Shown here one piece after another: positions 15,001 through 29,423 of a DNA stretch of 64,000 nt. The notes under the pieces are model-generated. The model worked only from the letters and a program-made list of their open reading frames with translations. It searched no databases and was not told where the DNA came from. The first letter of the stretch is position 1; the number at the start of each line of letters is the position of its first letter. Position numbers and translations under genes: made by a program. Location: assembly GCA_964016885.1 (NCBI GenBank), contig OZ024748.1:36084001-36148000 (forward strand), written 5' to 3'. The DNA comes from Eledone cirrhosa. Lineage: Eukaryota.

Positions 15001-18000
15001 TACTAATACATTACAATATAAAGGTGTACTAAAGTTAGGTACCACTACATTCTACTATAAAGGAGTAATGTTAGTTACTAATACGTTAAACTATAAAGGA
15101 GTACTAAAGTTAGATACTAATACATTATACTATAATGCAGTAAAGTTAGTTACTAATACAATACACTATAAAGGAGTACTAAAGTTAGTTACTGATACAT
15201 TACACTATAAAGATTAAAGTTAGTTACTAATGCATTACACTATAAAGGATTACTAAATTTAGTTACTAATATACTATACTATGAAGGAGTAAAGTTAGTT
15301 ACTAAAACATTAAACTATAAAGGAGTACTAAAATGAGTTACTAATACATTATACTATAAAGAGTAAAGTTAGTTACTAATATATTACACTATAAAGGAGT
15401 ACTAAAATTAGTTACTAATACATTATGCTATAAAGGAGTAAAGTTAGTTACTAATACATTACACTATAAAGGTTTACTAAAGTTAGTTACTAATACATTA
15501 TACTATAAAGGAGTAAAGTTAGTTACTAATACATTACACTAGAAAGGATTACTTAAGTTAGTTACTAATACATCATACTATAAAGGAGTAAAGTTAGTTA
15601 CTCATACATTACACTATAAAGGAGCAAACATTAGTTTCTCATACATAACACTATAAAGGAGTAAAGTTAGTTACTACTACATTACACTATAAAGGAGTAC
15701 TTAAGTTAGTTACTAATACATTATACTATAAAGGAGTTAAGTTAGTTACTAATACAATACGCTATAAAGAAGTAAAGTTAGTTACTAATATATTACACTA
15801 TAAAGGAGTAAAGTTAGTTACTAATACATTATACTATAAAGGAGTAAACTTAGTTACTAATACATTATAATATAAAGGAGTTAATTTAGTTACTAATACA
15901 TTACACTATAAAGGAATAAAGTTAATTACTAATACATTACACTATAAAGGAGTAAAGTTAATTACTAATACATTACACTATAAAGGAGTAAAGTTAGTTA
16001 CTAATACATTACACTATAAAGGAGTAAAGTTAGTTACTAATACATTACACTATAAACGATTAAAGTTAGTTGCTAATACATTACATTATAAGGGAGTAAA
16101 GTTTGTTTCTAACACATTACACTATAAAGTAGTAAAGTTAGTTACTAATACATTATACTCTAAAGGAGTAAATTTAGTTACTAATAAATTACTCTATAAA
16201 GGAGTACTTAAGTTAGTTACTAATACATTATACTATAAAGGAGTAAAGTTAGTTACTAATACATTACACTATAAAGGAATAAATTTAGTTACTAATACAT
16301 TATACTATAAAGGAGAAAAGTTAGTTACTAATATATTACACTATAAAGTAGTAAACTTAGTTACTAATACATTATACTATAAAGGAGTAAAGCTAGTTAC
16401 TAATACATTAAACTATAAAGGAGTACTAAAGTTACTTACTAATACATTACACTATAAAGGAGTACTAAAGTGAGTTACTGATACGTTATACTATATAGGA
16501 GTAAAGTTAGTTACTAATACATTACACTATAAAGGAGTACTAAAGTTGGTTACTAATAGATTATACTATAAACGAATAAAGTTAATTACTAATACATTAA
16601 ACTATAAAGGATTAAATTTAATTACTAATACATTATACTATGAAGGAGAAAAATTAGTTACTAATATATTACACTATAAAGTAGTAAAGTTAGTTACTAA
16701 TACGTTATACTATAAAGGAGTAAAGTTAGTTACTAATACATTAAACTATAAAGGAGTACTAAAGTTACTTACTAATACATTACACTATAAAAAAGTACTA
16801 ATGTGAGTTACTAATACGTTATACTATATAGGAGTAAAGTTAGTTACTAAGAAATTACTCTATAAAGGAGTACTAAAGTTAGTTACTAATACATTATACT
16901 ATAAATTCGTAAAACTAGTTACTAATGCATTACACTATAAAGGAGTAAAATTAGTTACTAATACATTACCCTATAAAGGAGTAAAGGTAGTTACTAATAC
17001 ATTACACTATAAAGCAGTACTAAAGTTAGTTACTAATACATTACACTATAAACGAGTAAAGTTAGTTACTAATACATTATACTATAAAGGTTTAAAGTTA
17101 GTTACTAATACATTAAACAATAAAGGAGTACTAAGTTACTTACTAATACATTACACTATAAAGGAGGAAAGTTAGTTACTAATACATTATACTATAAAGG
17201 AGTAAATTTAGTTACTAATACATTATACTATAAAGGAGTAAAGTTAGTTTCTAATATTTTACACTATAAAGGAGTACTAAAGTTAGTTACTAATACATTA
17301 TACTATAAAGGACTACTAAAGTTAGTTAGTAATACATTATACTATAAAGGAGTAATGTTAGTTACTAATACATTACAATATACAGGAGTACTAAAGTCAG
17401 TTACTAATACATTATACTATAAATGAGTAAAGTTAGCTACTAATGCATTACACTATAATGGAGTAAAATTAGTTACTAATACATTACCCTATAAAGGAGT
17501 AAAGTAAGTTACTAATACATTACACTATAAAGGAGTACTAAAATTCGTTACTAATACATTATACTATAAAGGAATAAAGTTAGTTACTAATACATTAAAC
17601 TATAAAGGAGTAAATTTAATTATTAATACATTATACTATACAGGAGAAAAGTTAGTTACTAATATATTACACTATAAAGTAGTAAAGTTAGTTACTAATA
17701 CATTACACTATAAAGGAGTAAAGTTAGTTACTAATACATTACACTATAAATGAGTACTAAAATTAGTTACTATACATTATACTATAAAGGAGTAAAGTTA
17801 GTTACTAATACATTACACTATAAAGGAGTACTTAAGTTAGTTACTAATACATTATACTATAAAGGAGTAAAGTTAGTTACTAATACATTATACTATAAAC
17901 GAGTAAAGTTAGTTACTCATACATTATACTATAAAGGTGTAAAGTTAGTTACTAATACATCAAACTATAAAGGAGTACTAAAATTAGTTACTAATACATT

Positions 18001-19843
18001 ATACTATAAATGAATAAAGTTAGTTACTAATACATTACACTATAAAGGTGTACTAAAGTTAGTTACTAATACATTATACTATAAAGGAGTAAAGTTAGTT
18101 ACTAATACATTATACTATAAAGTAGTAAAGTTAGTTACTAATACATTATACCATAAAGGAGGAAATTTAGTTACTAAAACATTACACTATAAAGGAGTAC
18201 TTAAGTTAGTTACTAGTACATCACACTATAAAGGAGTAAAGTTAGTTACTAATACATTACACTATAAAGGAGTAACGTTAGTTACTTATACATTACACTA
18301 TAAAGGAGTAAAGTTAGTTACTAATACATTACACTATAAAGAAGTAAATTAGTTACTAATACATTATAATATAAAGGAGTAAAGTTAGTTACTAATACAT
18401 TACACTATAAAGAATAAAGTTAGTTACTAATACATTACACCAAAAAGGAGTAAAGTTAGTTACTAATACATTACACTATAAAGGAGTACTAAAGTTAGTT
18501 ACTAATACATTACACTATAAAGTAGTAAAGTTCGTTACTAATACATTATACTATAAAGGAGTAAATTTAGTTACTAATACATTACACTATAAAGTGTACT
18601 AAAGTTAGTTATTAATACATTCTACTATAAAGAGTAAGGTTAGTTACTAATACATTAAACTATAAAGGAGTATTAAAGTTAGTTACTAATACATTATACT
18701 ATAAAGCAGTAAAGTTAGTTACTAATACATTACACTATAAAGGAGTACTAAATTTAGTTACTAATACACTATACTATGAAGGAGTAAAGTTAGTTACTAA
18801 AACATTAAACTATAAAGGAGTACTAAAATTAGTTACCAATACATTTTACTATAACGGGTAAAGCTAGTTACTAATACATTACACTATAAAGGAGTACTAA
18901 AGTTAGTTACTAATACATTATACTATAAAGGAATAAAGTTAGTTACTAATACATTACACTATAAAGGTTTACTAAAGTTAGTTACTAATACATTATACTA
19001 TAAAGGAGTTAAGTTAGTTACTAATACAATACACTCTAAAGGAGTAAATTTAGTTACTAATACATTACACTATAAAGAGTAAAGTTAGTTACTAATACAT
19101 TACACTATAAAGAGTAAAGTTAGTTACTAATACATTACACTATAAAGAGTAAAGTTAGTTACTAATACATTACACTATAAAGGAGTACTAAATTTAGTTA
19201 CTAATACACTATACTATAAAGGAGTAAAATTAGTTACTAATACATTATGCTATAAAGCAGTAAAGTTAGTTACTAATACATTACACTATAAAGGAGCAAA
19301 CATTAGTTACTCATACATTACACTATAAAGGAGTAAAGTTAGTTACTAATACATTATTCTATAAAGGAGTAAAGTTAGTTACTACTACGTTACACTATAA
19401 ATGAGTACTTAAGTTAGTTACTAATACATTATACTATAAAGGAGTTAAGTTAGTTACTAATACAATACACTATAAAGGAGTAAAGTTAGTTACTAATACA
19501 TTATACTATAAAGGAGTAAAGTTAGTTACTAATACATTATACTATAATTGAGTAAAGTTAGTTACTAATACATTATACTATAAAGGAGTTAATTTAGTTA
19601 CTAATACATTACACTATAAAGGAGTTAATTTAGTTACTAATACATTACACTATAGAGGAATAAAGTTAATTACTAATACATTACACTATAAAGGAGTAAA
19701 TTTAGTTAGTAATACATTACACTATAAAGGAGTAAAGTTTGTTACTAATACAATACACTCTAAATTAGTAAAGTTAGTTACTAATACATTATACTATAAA
19801 GGAGTAAAGTTAGTTACTAATAAATTACACTATAAAGGATTAC
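1..19843. repeat. Minisatellite array, 36-bp unit (GTAAAGTTAGTTACTAATACATTAYACTATAAAGGA) with a frequent 39-bp variant (GTACTAAAG...); runs off the left edge
   Basis: Continuous tandem repetition for ~19.8 kb. Unit lengths are multiples of 3, which explains the VKLVTNTLYYKG pseudo-ORFs. Confidence 0.98.
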
Positions 19844-19900
19844 TGTCTACATATTAATGTAAAATGTGGGTTGATTATTTGCAATGTTTTCAACACTCAA

Positions 19901-21320
19901 CAGGGTCACACATTCTATATATTAAACTGGGTCACATTCTATATATTAAACTGTGTCTCATTCTATATATTTAACTGGGTCACATTCTATATATTCACCT
20001 GGGTCACATTCTATATATTAAACTGGGTCACAGTCTATATATTCACATGTGTCACATTCTATATATTAAACTGGGTCACATTCTTTATATTAAACTGGGT
20101 CACATCTTATATATTCACCTGGTTCACATTCTATATCTTAAACTGGGTCACATTATATATATTCACCTGGCTCACATTCTATATATTAAACTGCGTCACA
20201 TTGTATATATTAAATTGGGTCACATTGTATATATTAAACTGGGTCATATTCTATATATTCACCTGGGTCACATTCTATATATTAAACTGGGCCACATTAT
20301 ATATATTAAACTGGGTCACATTCTATATATTCACCTGGGTCACATTCTATATATTAAACTGGGTCACATTCTATATATTAATCTGGGTCACATTATATAT
20401 ATTCACCTGGGTCACATTATATATATTAAACTGGGTCACATTCTATATATTAAACTGGGTCACAGTCCATATATTCACATGGATCACATTCTATATATTC
20501 ACCTGGGTCACATTCTATATATTTACCCGTGTCACATTCTATATATTAAACTGGGTCATATTATATATATTCACCTGGGTCACATTCTATATATTAAACT
20601 GGGTCACATTCTATATATTAAACTGGGTCATATTATATATATTAACCTGGGTCACATTCTATATATTAAACTGGGTCACATTCTATATATTAAATTGGGT
20701 CACGTGCTATATATTAAATTGGGTCATATTCTATATATTCACCTGGGTCACATTCTATATATTAATCTGGGTTACATTATATATATTCACCTGTGTCACA
20801 TTCTATATATTAAACTGGGTCACATTCTATATATTAAACTGGCTCATATTCTATATATTCACCTGGGTCACATTCTATATATTAAATTGGGTCACATTCT
20901 ATATATTAAACTGTGTCACATTCTATATATTCACATGGGTCACATTCTATATATTAATCTGGGTCACATTATATATATTCACCTGGGTCACATTCTATAT
21001 ATTAAACTGGGTCACATTATATATATTCACCTGGCTCACATTTTATATATTGAACTGGGCCACATTCTATATATTCACCTGGGTCACATTCTATATATTA
21101 AACTGGGTCACATTCTATATATTCACCTGGGTCACATTCTATATATTAAACTGGGTCACATTCTATATATTAAACTGCGTCACATTCTATATATTCACCT
21201 GGGTCACATTGTATATATTAAACTGGGTCACATTCTTTATATTAAACTGCGTCACATTCTATATATTAAATTTGCGTCACATTCTATATATTAAACTGGA
21301 TCACATTCTATATATCAACT
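19901..21320. repeat. Minisatellite array, 24-bp unit (ATTAAACTGGGTCACATTCTATAT / ATTCACCTGGGTCACATTCTATAT)
   Basis: About 59 tandem units with two interspersed variants. This array is the source of the 483-aa and 415-aa repetitive ORFs. Confidence 0.97.
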
Positions 21321-23505
21321 AGTAGTTACATTGTTAGGGTTACACATTCTATATTAAACTGGTTGTTACATAGTCAGGGTCACACCTTCTATATCAACTT
21401 GTTGTTACAAAGTCAGGGTCACACCTTTTATATGACCTGGTTGTTACATAGTCAGGGTCACACATTCTATATCAACTGGTTGTTACATAGTCAGGGTCAC
21501 ACATTCTATATCAACTGGTTGTTACAAAGTCAGGGTGACACATTCTATATAAACTGGTTGTTACATAGTCAGTGTCACACATTCTATATCAACTGGTTGT
21601 TACATTGTCTGGGTCACACATCCTATATATAAACTGGTTGTTACATAATCAGGGTAACCCATTCTATATATCAACTGGTTGTTACATATTCAGGGTCACA
21701 CATTCTATATTAAATTAGTTATTACATTGTCAGGGTCACACATTCTATATATCAACTAGTTGTTACATTGTCAGGGTCACACATTCTATATATCAACTGG
21801 TTGTTACATATTCAGGGTCACACATTCTATATTAAACTAGTTGTTACATTGTCAGGGTCACACATTCTATATATCAACTAGTTGTTACATAGTCAGAGTT
21901 ACGCATTCTATATTAAACTAGTTGTTACATAGTCAGGGTCACACATTCTATATTAAACTGTTTGTTACATAGTAAGGGTCACATATTCTATATTAAACTA
22001 GTTGTTACATAGTCAGGGTCACACATTCTAAATATCAACTGATTGTTACATAGTCAGGGTCAAGCATTCTATATTAAACTAGTTGTTACATTGTCATGGT
22101 CACACATTCTATATATCAACTAGTTGTTACATAGTCAGGGTCACGCATTCTATATTAAACCAGTTGTTACATAGTCAGGGTCACACATTCTATATTAAAC
22201 TGTTTGTTACATAGTAAGGGTCACACATTCTATATTAAACTAGTTGTTACATAGTCAGGGTCACACATTCTATATATCAACTGATTGTTACATTGTCAGG
22301 GTCACACATTCTATATTAAACTAGTTGTTACATTGTCATGGTCACACATTCTATATTAAACTAGTTGTTACATAATCAGGGTCACACATTCTATATTAAA
22401 CTGTTTGTTACATAGTAAGGGTCACACATTCTATATTAAACTAGTTGCTACATTGTCATGGTCACACATTCTATATCAACTGGTTGTTACAAAGTCAGGG
22501 TCACACATCTTATATATCAACTGGTTGTTTCATAGTCGGGGTCACACATTCTATATATCAACTGGTTGTTACATAGTCAGGGTCACACATTCTATATTAA
22601 ACTAGTTGTTACATTGTCAGGGTCACACATTCTATATATCAACTAGTTGTTACATAGTCAGAGTTACACATTCTATATTAAACTAGTTGTTACATAGTCA
22701 GGGTCACACATTCTATATTAAACTGTTTGTTACATAGTAAGGGTCACACATTCTATATTAAACTAGTTGTTACATAGTCAGGGTCACACATTCTAAATAT
22801 CAACTGATTGTTACATAGTCAGGGTCAAACATTCTATATTAAACTAGTTGTTACATTGTCATGGTCACACATTCTATATATCAACTGGTTGTTACATAGT
22901 CAGGGTCACGCATTCTATATTAAACTAGTTGTTACATAGTCAGGGTCACACATTCTATATTAAACTGTTTGTTACATAGTAAGGGTCACACATTCTATAT
23001 TAAACTAGTTGTTACATAGTCAGGGTCACACATTCTATATATCAACTGATTGTTACATTGTCAGGGTCACACATTCTATATTAAACTAGTTGTTACATTG
23101 TCATGGTCACACATTCTATATTAAACTAGTTGTTACATAATCATGGTCACACATTCTATATTAAACTGTTTGTTACATAGTAAGGGTCACACATTCTATA
23201 TTAAACTAGTTGTTACATTGTCATGGTCACACATTCTATATCAACTGGTTGTTACAAAGTCAGGGTCACACATCCTATATATCAACTGGTTGTTTCATAG
23301 TCGGGGTCACACATTCTATATATCAACTGGTTGTTACATAGTCAGGGTCACACATTCTATATATCAACTACTTGTTACATTGTCTGGGTCACACATTCTA
23401 TATTAAACTGGTTGTTACATAGTCAGGGTCACACATTCTATATTAAACTAGTTGTTACATTGTGAGGGTCACACTGTCTATATATCAACTAATTGATACA
23501 TTGCC
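21321..23505. repeat. Minisatellite array, ~39-42-bp unit (CAGGGTCACACATTCTATATTAAACTAGTTGTTACATAGT) with a 765-bp higher-order duplication
   Basis: Tandem units. Diagnostic variants AGTCAGAGTT (21891, 22656) and CATAGTCGGGG (22531, 23296) both recur at 765 bp. Confidence 0.96.
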
Positions 23506-23737
23506 ATATGCAAGGGTTAATACTATACTTCTACTGATGAAGAGAAATAATAATGAAACGTTTAAAGTTATCTTCCTTATTTGCTCAACCAAATAATGTT
23601 TTCAATGGACAATGTCAGATATAGTGTATATATACACTATATACACTATATACACGCTGTATCGACCCTTTGCTTTCTCTTGGACAACATCATAAATAGT
23701 GTATATATATATACAATGCATATATATGTTTCGACGT

Positions 23738-23897
23738 CACTGGTGCTAAGCCTTTGACTCTCCCTTGGACAACATCGGTGGCGTGGAGAGGAGGAGAGAC
23801 TTGTATGCTAGTCTTCTACAAACAACCTTACCCAGACTTGTGCCTCTAAGGTGCAAAATCCCATGGTCATTCGTAACCAAAAGAGGGTTTTTACCCT
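23738..23897 (+). mobile_element. Degenerate 3' part of a cephalopod SINE-like dispersed repeat
   Basis: TCCCTTGGACAACATCGGTGGCGTGGAGAGG...AACAACCTTACCCAGACTTGTGCCT...CCCATGGTCATTC resembles an abundant octopus repeat recalled from memory; not verified by search. Confidence 0.5.
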
Positions 23898-24695
23898 GAC
23901 ACTTTACATTTGCTTTATACAAAAGTAAACATATTTTCACTATAATACACAAAAGATAGACACAGTCATAAAGTGTATTAATTACTTCTCCAAAACAAAT
24001 CTTTATCTTTATCTCCAATGTCCTTCTAGCTAGTACATATCGAGATTACTGGTTCATTGACCAGAAATATATAGTTTTACTGTCAATCTTTCTACACTTC
24101 TTATTTAATTTCATGTCATCACAGACCAGAAATTTCTCTATAAACTAGACATGTATTTCCTTTTGTTTTCTTTCTTTCTTTTCTCGCCAAATTCTCGTCA
24201 ATTCTCTTTTCATTCCCCGTTCTCTCTTTCTCTCTCCATAGTTCTCCATAACATTCACTCTTATCTATCTCTCTCCTCCTTTCACCCCTCTCAATCTGTT
24301 TCTTTCTCCTGTAACTTTCTCCCTCCATCCCCCTCTGTTATACTACCTATCTATCGTCCTCTCCACACAACACATCTCATATTATTTCTATTCTGTTAAC
24401 CTCTCTCTATAAGCAATACTATCTTTCACTCTCCTCACTATCAATCTTCAGTATTTCTCTCTCTCTAAATCTGACAGACACGAAACTATCGTCTGCTCCA
24501 ATCAATTTATATCGTCTTTCACGAGGCATATCATCCATCTTGTTTATCTTGCGTATGCCACTTTTCTACAGCATTTATGAGGTATATTTTTTAATCTGGC
24601 CGACAAATATTATTTACTATGAGTTTCTACACAGTTATTATTTCATGGTAGCCTAAGATAAAATGGATATAATATGATAATATGTAGGTATGTAT

Positions 24696-24788
<93 letters not shown>

Positions 24789-24999
24789 CGTTTCTGAATT
24801 TGTTTAGCAAGATTCTTTATCTAAAATCGTGTGTTGAAACCGATATTGTTATACTTTGGGAGGGTCATGTTGCCAATAAGAAACACACGCACCAGTTGCT
24901 GTCACTTTAATTTATTATAATAAATTTATAATAAATTTATAAATTTATAAATTTCTGGTTGGTTGGTTGGTTCCACAACCAGATAGTTGTTTATATATT

Positions 25000-25042
25000 G
25001 TCATAGTTCTTTCGTCACACACTCTGTGACCTCTTCAGTGAC
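25000..25042 (-). ncRNA. Minimal type I hammerhead ribozyme motif (PLE pLTR)
   Basis: Reverse complement of 25158-25200. Confidence 0.75.
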
Positions 25043-25157
25043 TGGGGATTCCTTTCTTTATTTTTGTGCCTCTCCTTTGTTCTGTCCTACGCCATTTTTC
25101 AAAAATGGCGTAGGACAGAACAAAGGAGAGGCACAAAAATAAAGAAAGGAATCCCCA

Positions 25158-25200
25158 GTCACTGAAGAGGTCACAGAGTGTGTGACGAAAGAACTATGAC
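25158..25200 (+). ncRNA. Minimal type I hammerhead ribozyme motif (PLE pLTR)
   Basis: GUCA-CUGAAGA-G-GUCAC(agagugu)GUGAC-GAAA-GAAC-UA-UGAC: stem I GUCA/UGAC, stem II GUCAC/GUGAC, short stem III, CUA site. Confidence 0.75.
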
Positions 25201-25389
25201 AATATATAAACAACTATCTGGTTGTGGAACCAACCAACCAACCAGAAATTTATAAATTTATAAATTTATAAATTTATAATTATATAATAAATTGAAGTGA
25301 AAGCAACTGGTGCGTGTGTTTCTTATTGGCAACATGACCCTCCCAAAGTATAACAATATATATATATATATATATATACATGTTTATAC

Positions 25390-25475
<86 letters not shown>

Positions 25476-25504
25476 ATATATACATACATATATGTATACA
25501 TATG

Positions 25505-25576
<72 letters not shown>

Positions 25577-25760
25577 TATGTGTATATATGTGTGTATACA
25601 TATGTGTGTATATATACATATTTTAAGTTAAGTGTTGATATGAACATCCCGCAGAAGCAAAGCGTTATTTGTTTTTGAAAAAAATTGCTATCGACATGTC
25701 ATTGAGAATTCAAAACCTAGAGCCAGATATATAACGCTGAACAATGTAAGCAAATAATAC

Positions 25761-25910
25761 AAAGTTTAGTATTTAATTAATATGTTGTTTTACGATCGTT
25801 TCAAAGGGCAAAAGAAACAACACTTTAGTCAGTATAACGATAATATTTTTGAATTATTTTTCTCTCTGAAACGATCGTAAAACACTGGATTAATTAACTA
25901 CTAAAGCTTT
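25761..25910. mobile_element. Old fold-back fragment of a PLE end containing the 3' half of an HHR
   Basis: Inverted arms GTTTTACGATCGTTTCA / TGAAACGATCGTAAAAC extending ~45 bp with mismatches. GAAACGATCGTA is the same stem III motif as in the Naiad HHR at 62589. Confidence 0.6.
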
Positions 25911-26266
25911 TCATATGTATCTTCATCGTTTAACATGAATGTAGCAAGTGGAAAATTAGACAAGGGACAAAACTAATAAAATGGAACAAGAGTATAAAGT
26001 TATCAACTGGTTTGGTGACATAACGAACAATGTTGTGAAAATTCCCACAATTCTGTATTGAACTTTTAAAATTGCCAACAATAAATAAACACTTCCCATA
26101 TAACTATGAATATTTTAAACATATTTTTAACTTAGACAATCAGAAATGAAGCTACATCTGTAAGAATATAATATCGTAGGCTTCGCCTCAACCAATAAGT
26201 TTGAAGGAAGACAGGAAAAAGTAGTATGTGTGTGGGAGGGATGTGAGAGAGTGTGAGAGATAATGG

Positions 26267-26342
<76 letters not shown>

Positions 26343-27495
26343 TCTGTGTAGCAGGCGAAGAAATCTGCTGTATTCAACACGGCGGCTCTACGAGTCAGAA
26401 CCAAGGCTGCGTGACAGTTCGACACTAGAGAGAGGGAGAGAGATGGGTGTTATATATTCATATCAGCCAGTCATATATCTTGCCATGGAAAGCAGCTATG
26501 AAATTATAGGCCAGAATTAGCCACAGCACACATTTCAAATGTTCTTTTTAAAAAACTCTGTACGCAGAAGGAATTTATTAGCAGAAGTACTTTTAGAGAT
26601 GTAGAATCATCTTAACAAACCAAACACGATTTCTCCTCAGACAACAACAACAACAACAGCAACAACAGAAATTGTCAGGCATACTGTGTTTTTGTTGTTT
26701 TTAACACATCGTTTTGACTGTTGTTGGCCTTGTACTACACACACACAGACGCGCGCGCGCGCGCGTCTGTGTGTGTAGTATTTATGTGTTAGTCTTGATT
26801 AGAGTGAGTGTAGTGCTGACAGATTTTCTGGAGTGAAGTGTAGATGACATCTGTAAACGGAAGTCTAAGTTGGTATGAATTACGTAGGAGTGTGTGTTGA
26901 TAGATGTAATAGCAAAACAGAAAGAAAAGAAACATTTTAGGAGAGACATAGCTGCATAAGTGAATCCTCAGATGCGCAAGTGTTGATAGGACGTGGGATG
27001 TAAAATACTTGTTTAAGGACCAGTCTGATAGAAACGTGTGACAATCTATTTCCGATGCAACAGATGAGAGACAAATTGATCCCTTACCCTTACCACGATC
27101 TACAGATATTTTAGTTATCAAGTTAACATTTTAATATACTGATAATCTTAGAAATGCTGTTGGATCTTAATATATCTAACATAAACCTCCGGTTGATGCT
27201 GTCAGATGTTGTTTTCTTGAAATCAATAACTATTACGACGCTGGGTAGATACGATTCTATGCTGTAATAATTATGGACGTGTTTTTACACTTTTATTTGC
27301 TCTGTAAATCTTTATATATCAGCAAATAAAAAGTAATTTGCCACAAACAGAATATTACTGCAACCAATTTAAAGGTTATTGAAAATGAAATAATGTGATT
27401 CACAACAAAAGAAGTCGTATTACTGTTGACTGATTGATTGGTTTCATAACTGTGAGAAAGGCATCATCTTTGTTGTTTTAAGTGTATCTATCATT

Positions 27496-27612
27496 CATAA
27501 CACTACAAATAATAGCCGCCATCTTGTTCCCAACACTGAGAGCTAACAAACTATCATAACACTACAGATAATAGCCGCCATCTTGTTCCCAACACTGGGA
27601 GCTAACAAGCTA
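27496..27612. repeat. 59-bp tandem duplication
   Basis: CATAACACTACARATAATAGCCGCCATCTTGTTCCCAACACTG occurs at 27496 and 27555. Confidence 0.9.
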
Positions 27613-27949
27613 ACAAGGCACTCGTTCATTGTTATACATCCTGACCTTTGCTTACGGCCTTTTCCTGCCATATAATGTATATTTTCTAGTGTGCCTCTTT
27701 CAAAATAGGTGGATTAAGCAGCCGAGAGCTAAGTATCTCGCCAAATACATTGCAAAAAATGAAAAAATAAATAAATAAATAAATAAATAAAATAAAACAG
27801 CAGCAAAGAGAAAATCCAGTGCTGTGATATGAAATAACAATGTTTCGGACCCTCGGATGGTCATCTTAATGACTCGGCCAGCTGCAGCAATCACAGTAAA
27901 TTTTTGAAGACAAATGTACAGGGGCAGCACTTCCCTGTCCATTCTCACC

Positions 27950-28262
27950 TTACTTTCCTAACTTGAAAAAGTTGATGTCTTGGCCGAAGAGGAAAGTGTC
28001 TGTCTCCAGTCCTTTCAGTCTCGTTCTCCACACAAACATTTTCACTGCAGCCACCAGGCAGAGGAAAATTGATTTCTGGAAGTTGTCCATAGTCTCCGGT
28101 TCTAAAGTTCTCCGGAACAGTCAGTTCGAGTTCGATGACGTCCAGAACCTCCCCGAGAGCGTTGTCGCATTTACCCATCACTAGTCCTCTACAGAACTCT
28201 AGAGTGGAATTTACACTGATTGCATTGCCCGAGATTGTGATGTTTCGGAAAGGCTGGGATCT
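27950..28262 (-). CDS. Possible isolated coding exon of an unidentified host gene
   Basis: Non-repetitive, GC-richer island with one open frame (SQPFRNITISGNAISVNSTLEFCRG...HQLFQVRK) ending at GTAAG/GTGAG donor-like sites. The acceptor is weak and no homology was recognised. Confidence 0.3.
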
Positions 28263-29379
28263 CGAGATACAGAACACCACCACCACCACCACTAATTCAA
28301 TAACAACAACAACAACAACAACAAATGCAATAACAACAACAGCAACAACAACGATAGCAACACTATTTTCTTCTACGTACATTTACTGCCTTAAGTATGT
28401 AACCCGTGTCTTACGTACTGGTTTCTTTTCTGGACAGTTAAATAAGATGAGTCAGAGGAATTCAATTGAAAAATGAAAACAACAACAACAACCCAAAAAG
28501 AGCAAAACAAAAAAGTAAAACAACAACAACAACAAACAAAAAACAAAACAAAGACAGAAAAGAGGAAAGTAGTTCTAATATGGAAGAAGACATTTAGCAT
28601 GATAAGACCAAGTGAATGATGGAGGTCGGATAAAGACCGATTGAAGATAATAGTGAAATTTCCTGCATCACTTCACCAGAAGATTTAATCAATTATTATT
28701 TCATTCAATGGTGGAATTATAGATTATCTGCTTGTTAGTTACCTCTTCCATTGCTTCACTAGTGCTTCAGCCATAACTTCTATATTGCTCGCTTCCTTCA
28801 TCAGCTTCTTTACGTCTTGCCTCTTTTGGTTGTCTCCCCTTGTGTAAATCACCTCCAATTAGTTTAGTTTCTCCCACCATCATATCTCGGTTATTTGCCC
28901 TTTGCTACATTACTTTCTTATCAACTTTATCTGACATACCTGAGCCATGCGACATACATCTTGTAAACCTCTTACATAAACATCCTCCGTGTTCAGTATT
29001 TCTTTCAATAAACCTTAAGCAGGACATTCCCCCTCGCTCACTGTATATATATATAACATAGAAATAAGTCACCAAGTTCACCAGTTAATACATTATTTAT
29101 TTTATCTACTCGTGTTTCATTCCATTTGGATATTACTTACAATATATGTTCTGTGATCTGTGAGTTAAAAATCTGAGATGGCGGAAGTATACCAATTAGA
29201 TTTACCACTGAAATATCTCTCGTTGTTCTGGATATAAAATAAACCATATTTGAGCTTTAAATAAATATCTGAACACGTTTTATCAACTATATATATATAT
29301 ATATATATATATTATTCCCTGTGATTGTTTCATATGTTTATTTTAGATATATATATATATATGTCAATCAATTACTAGT

Positions 29380-29420
<41 letters not shown>

Positions 29421-29423
<3 letters not shown>

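Larger units (their letters stand above)
24786..25358. mobile_element. Solo fold-back (palindromic) pLTR of the PLE family at 35978-38086, inserted in (TA)n
   Basis: Near-perfect inverted repeat centred on 25100 (GCCATTTTT-C-AAAAATGGC). The arms match 37758-38086, and the left arm is ~57 bp longer. Confidence 0.93.

Noticed and set aside
651-18013. VKLVTNTLYYKG repeat ORFs
   Set aside because: They come from the 36/39-bp satellite and have frequent stops and frameshifts.
19871-21322. 483-aa and 415-aa ORFs with an 8-residue period, resembling a repeat or membrane protein
   Set aside because: They are translations of a 24-bp stop-free satellite in two overlapping frames. There is no unique domain and no codon-position bias is evident.
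1-23505. CRISPR-like regular repeats of 24-40 bp
   Set aside because: The units are contiguous with no unique spacers, there are no cas genes, and the context is eukaryotic.
28740-28990. Purine-rich minus-strand stretch with partial open frames
   Set aside because: The frames do not join and no recognisable motif is present, so exon and decayed transposon cannot be distinguished.
29177-29188. GATGGCGGAAGT (YY1/ETS-like) and GCCGCCATCTT motifs at ~27515 and ~27574 as a promoter
   Set aside because: Short motifs with no associated gene or transcription-start evidence.
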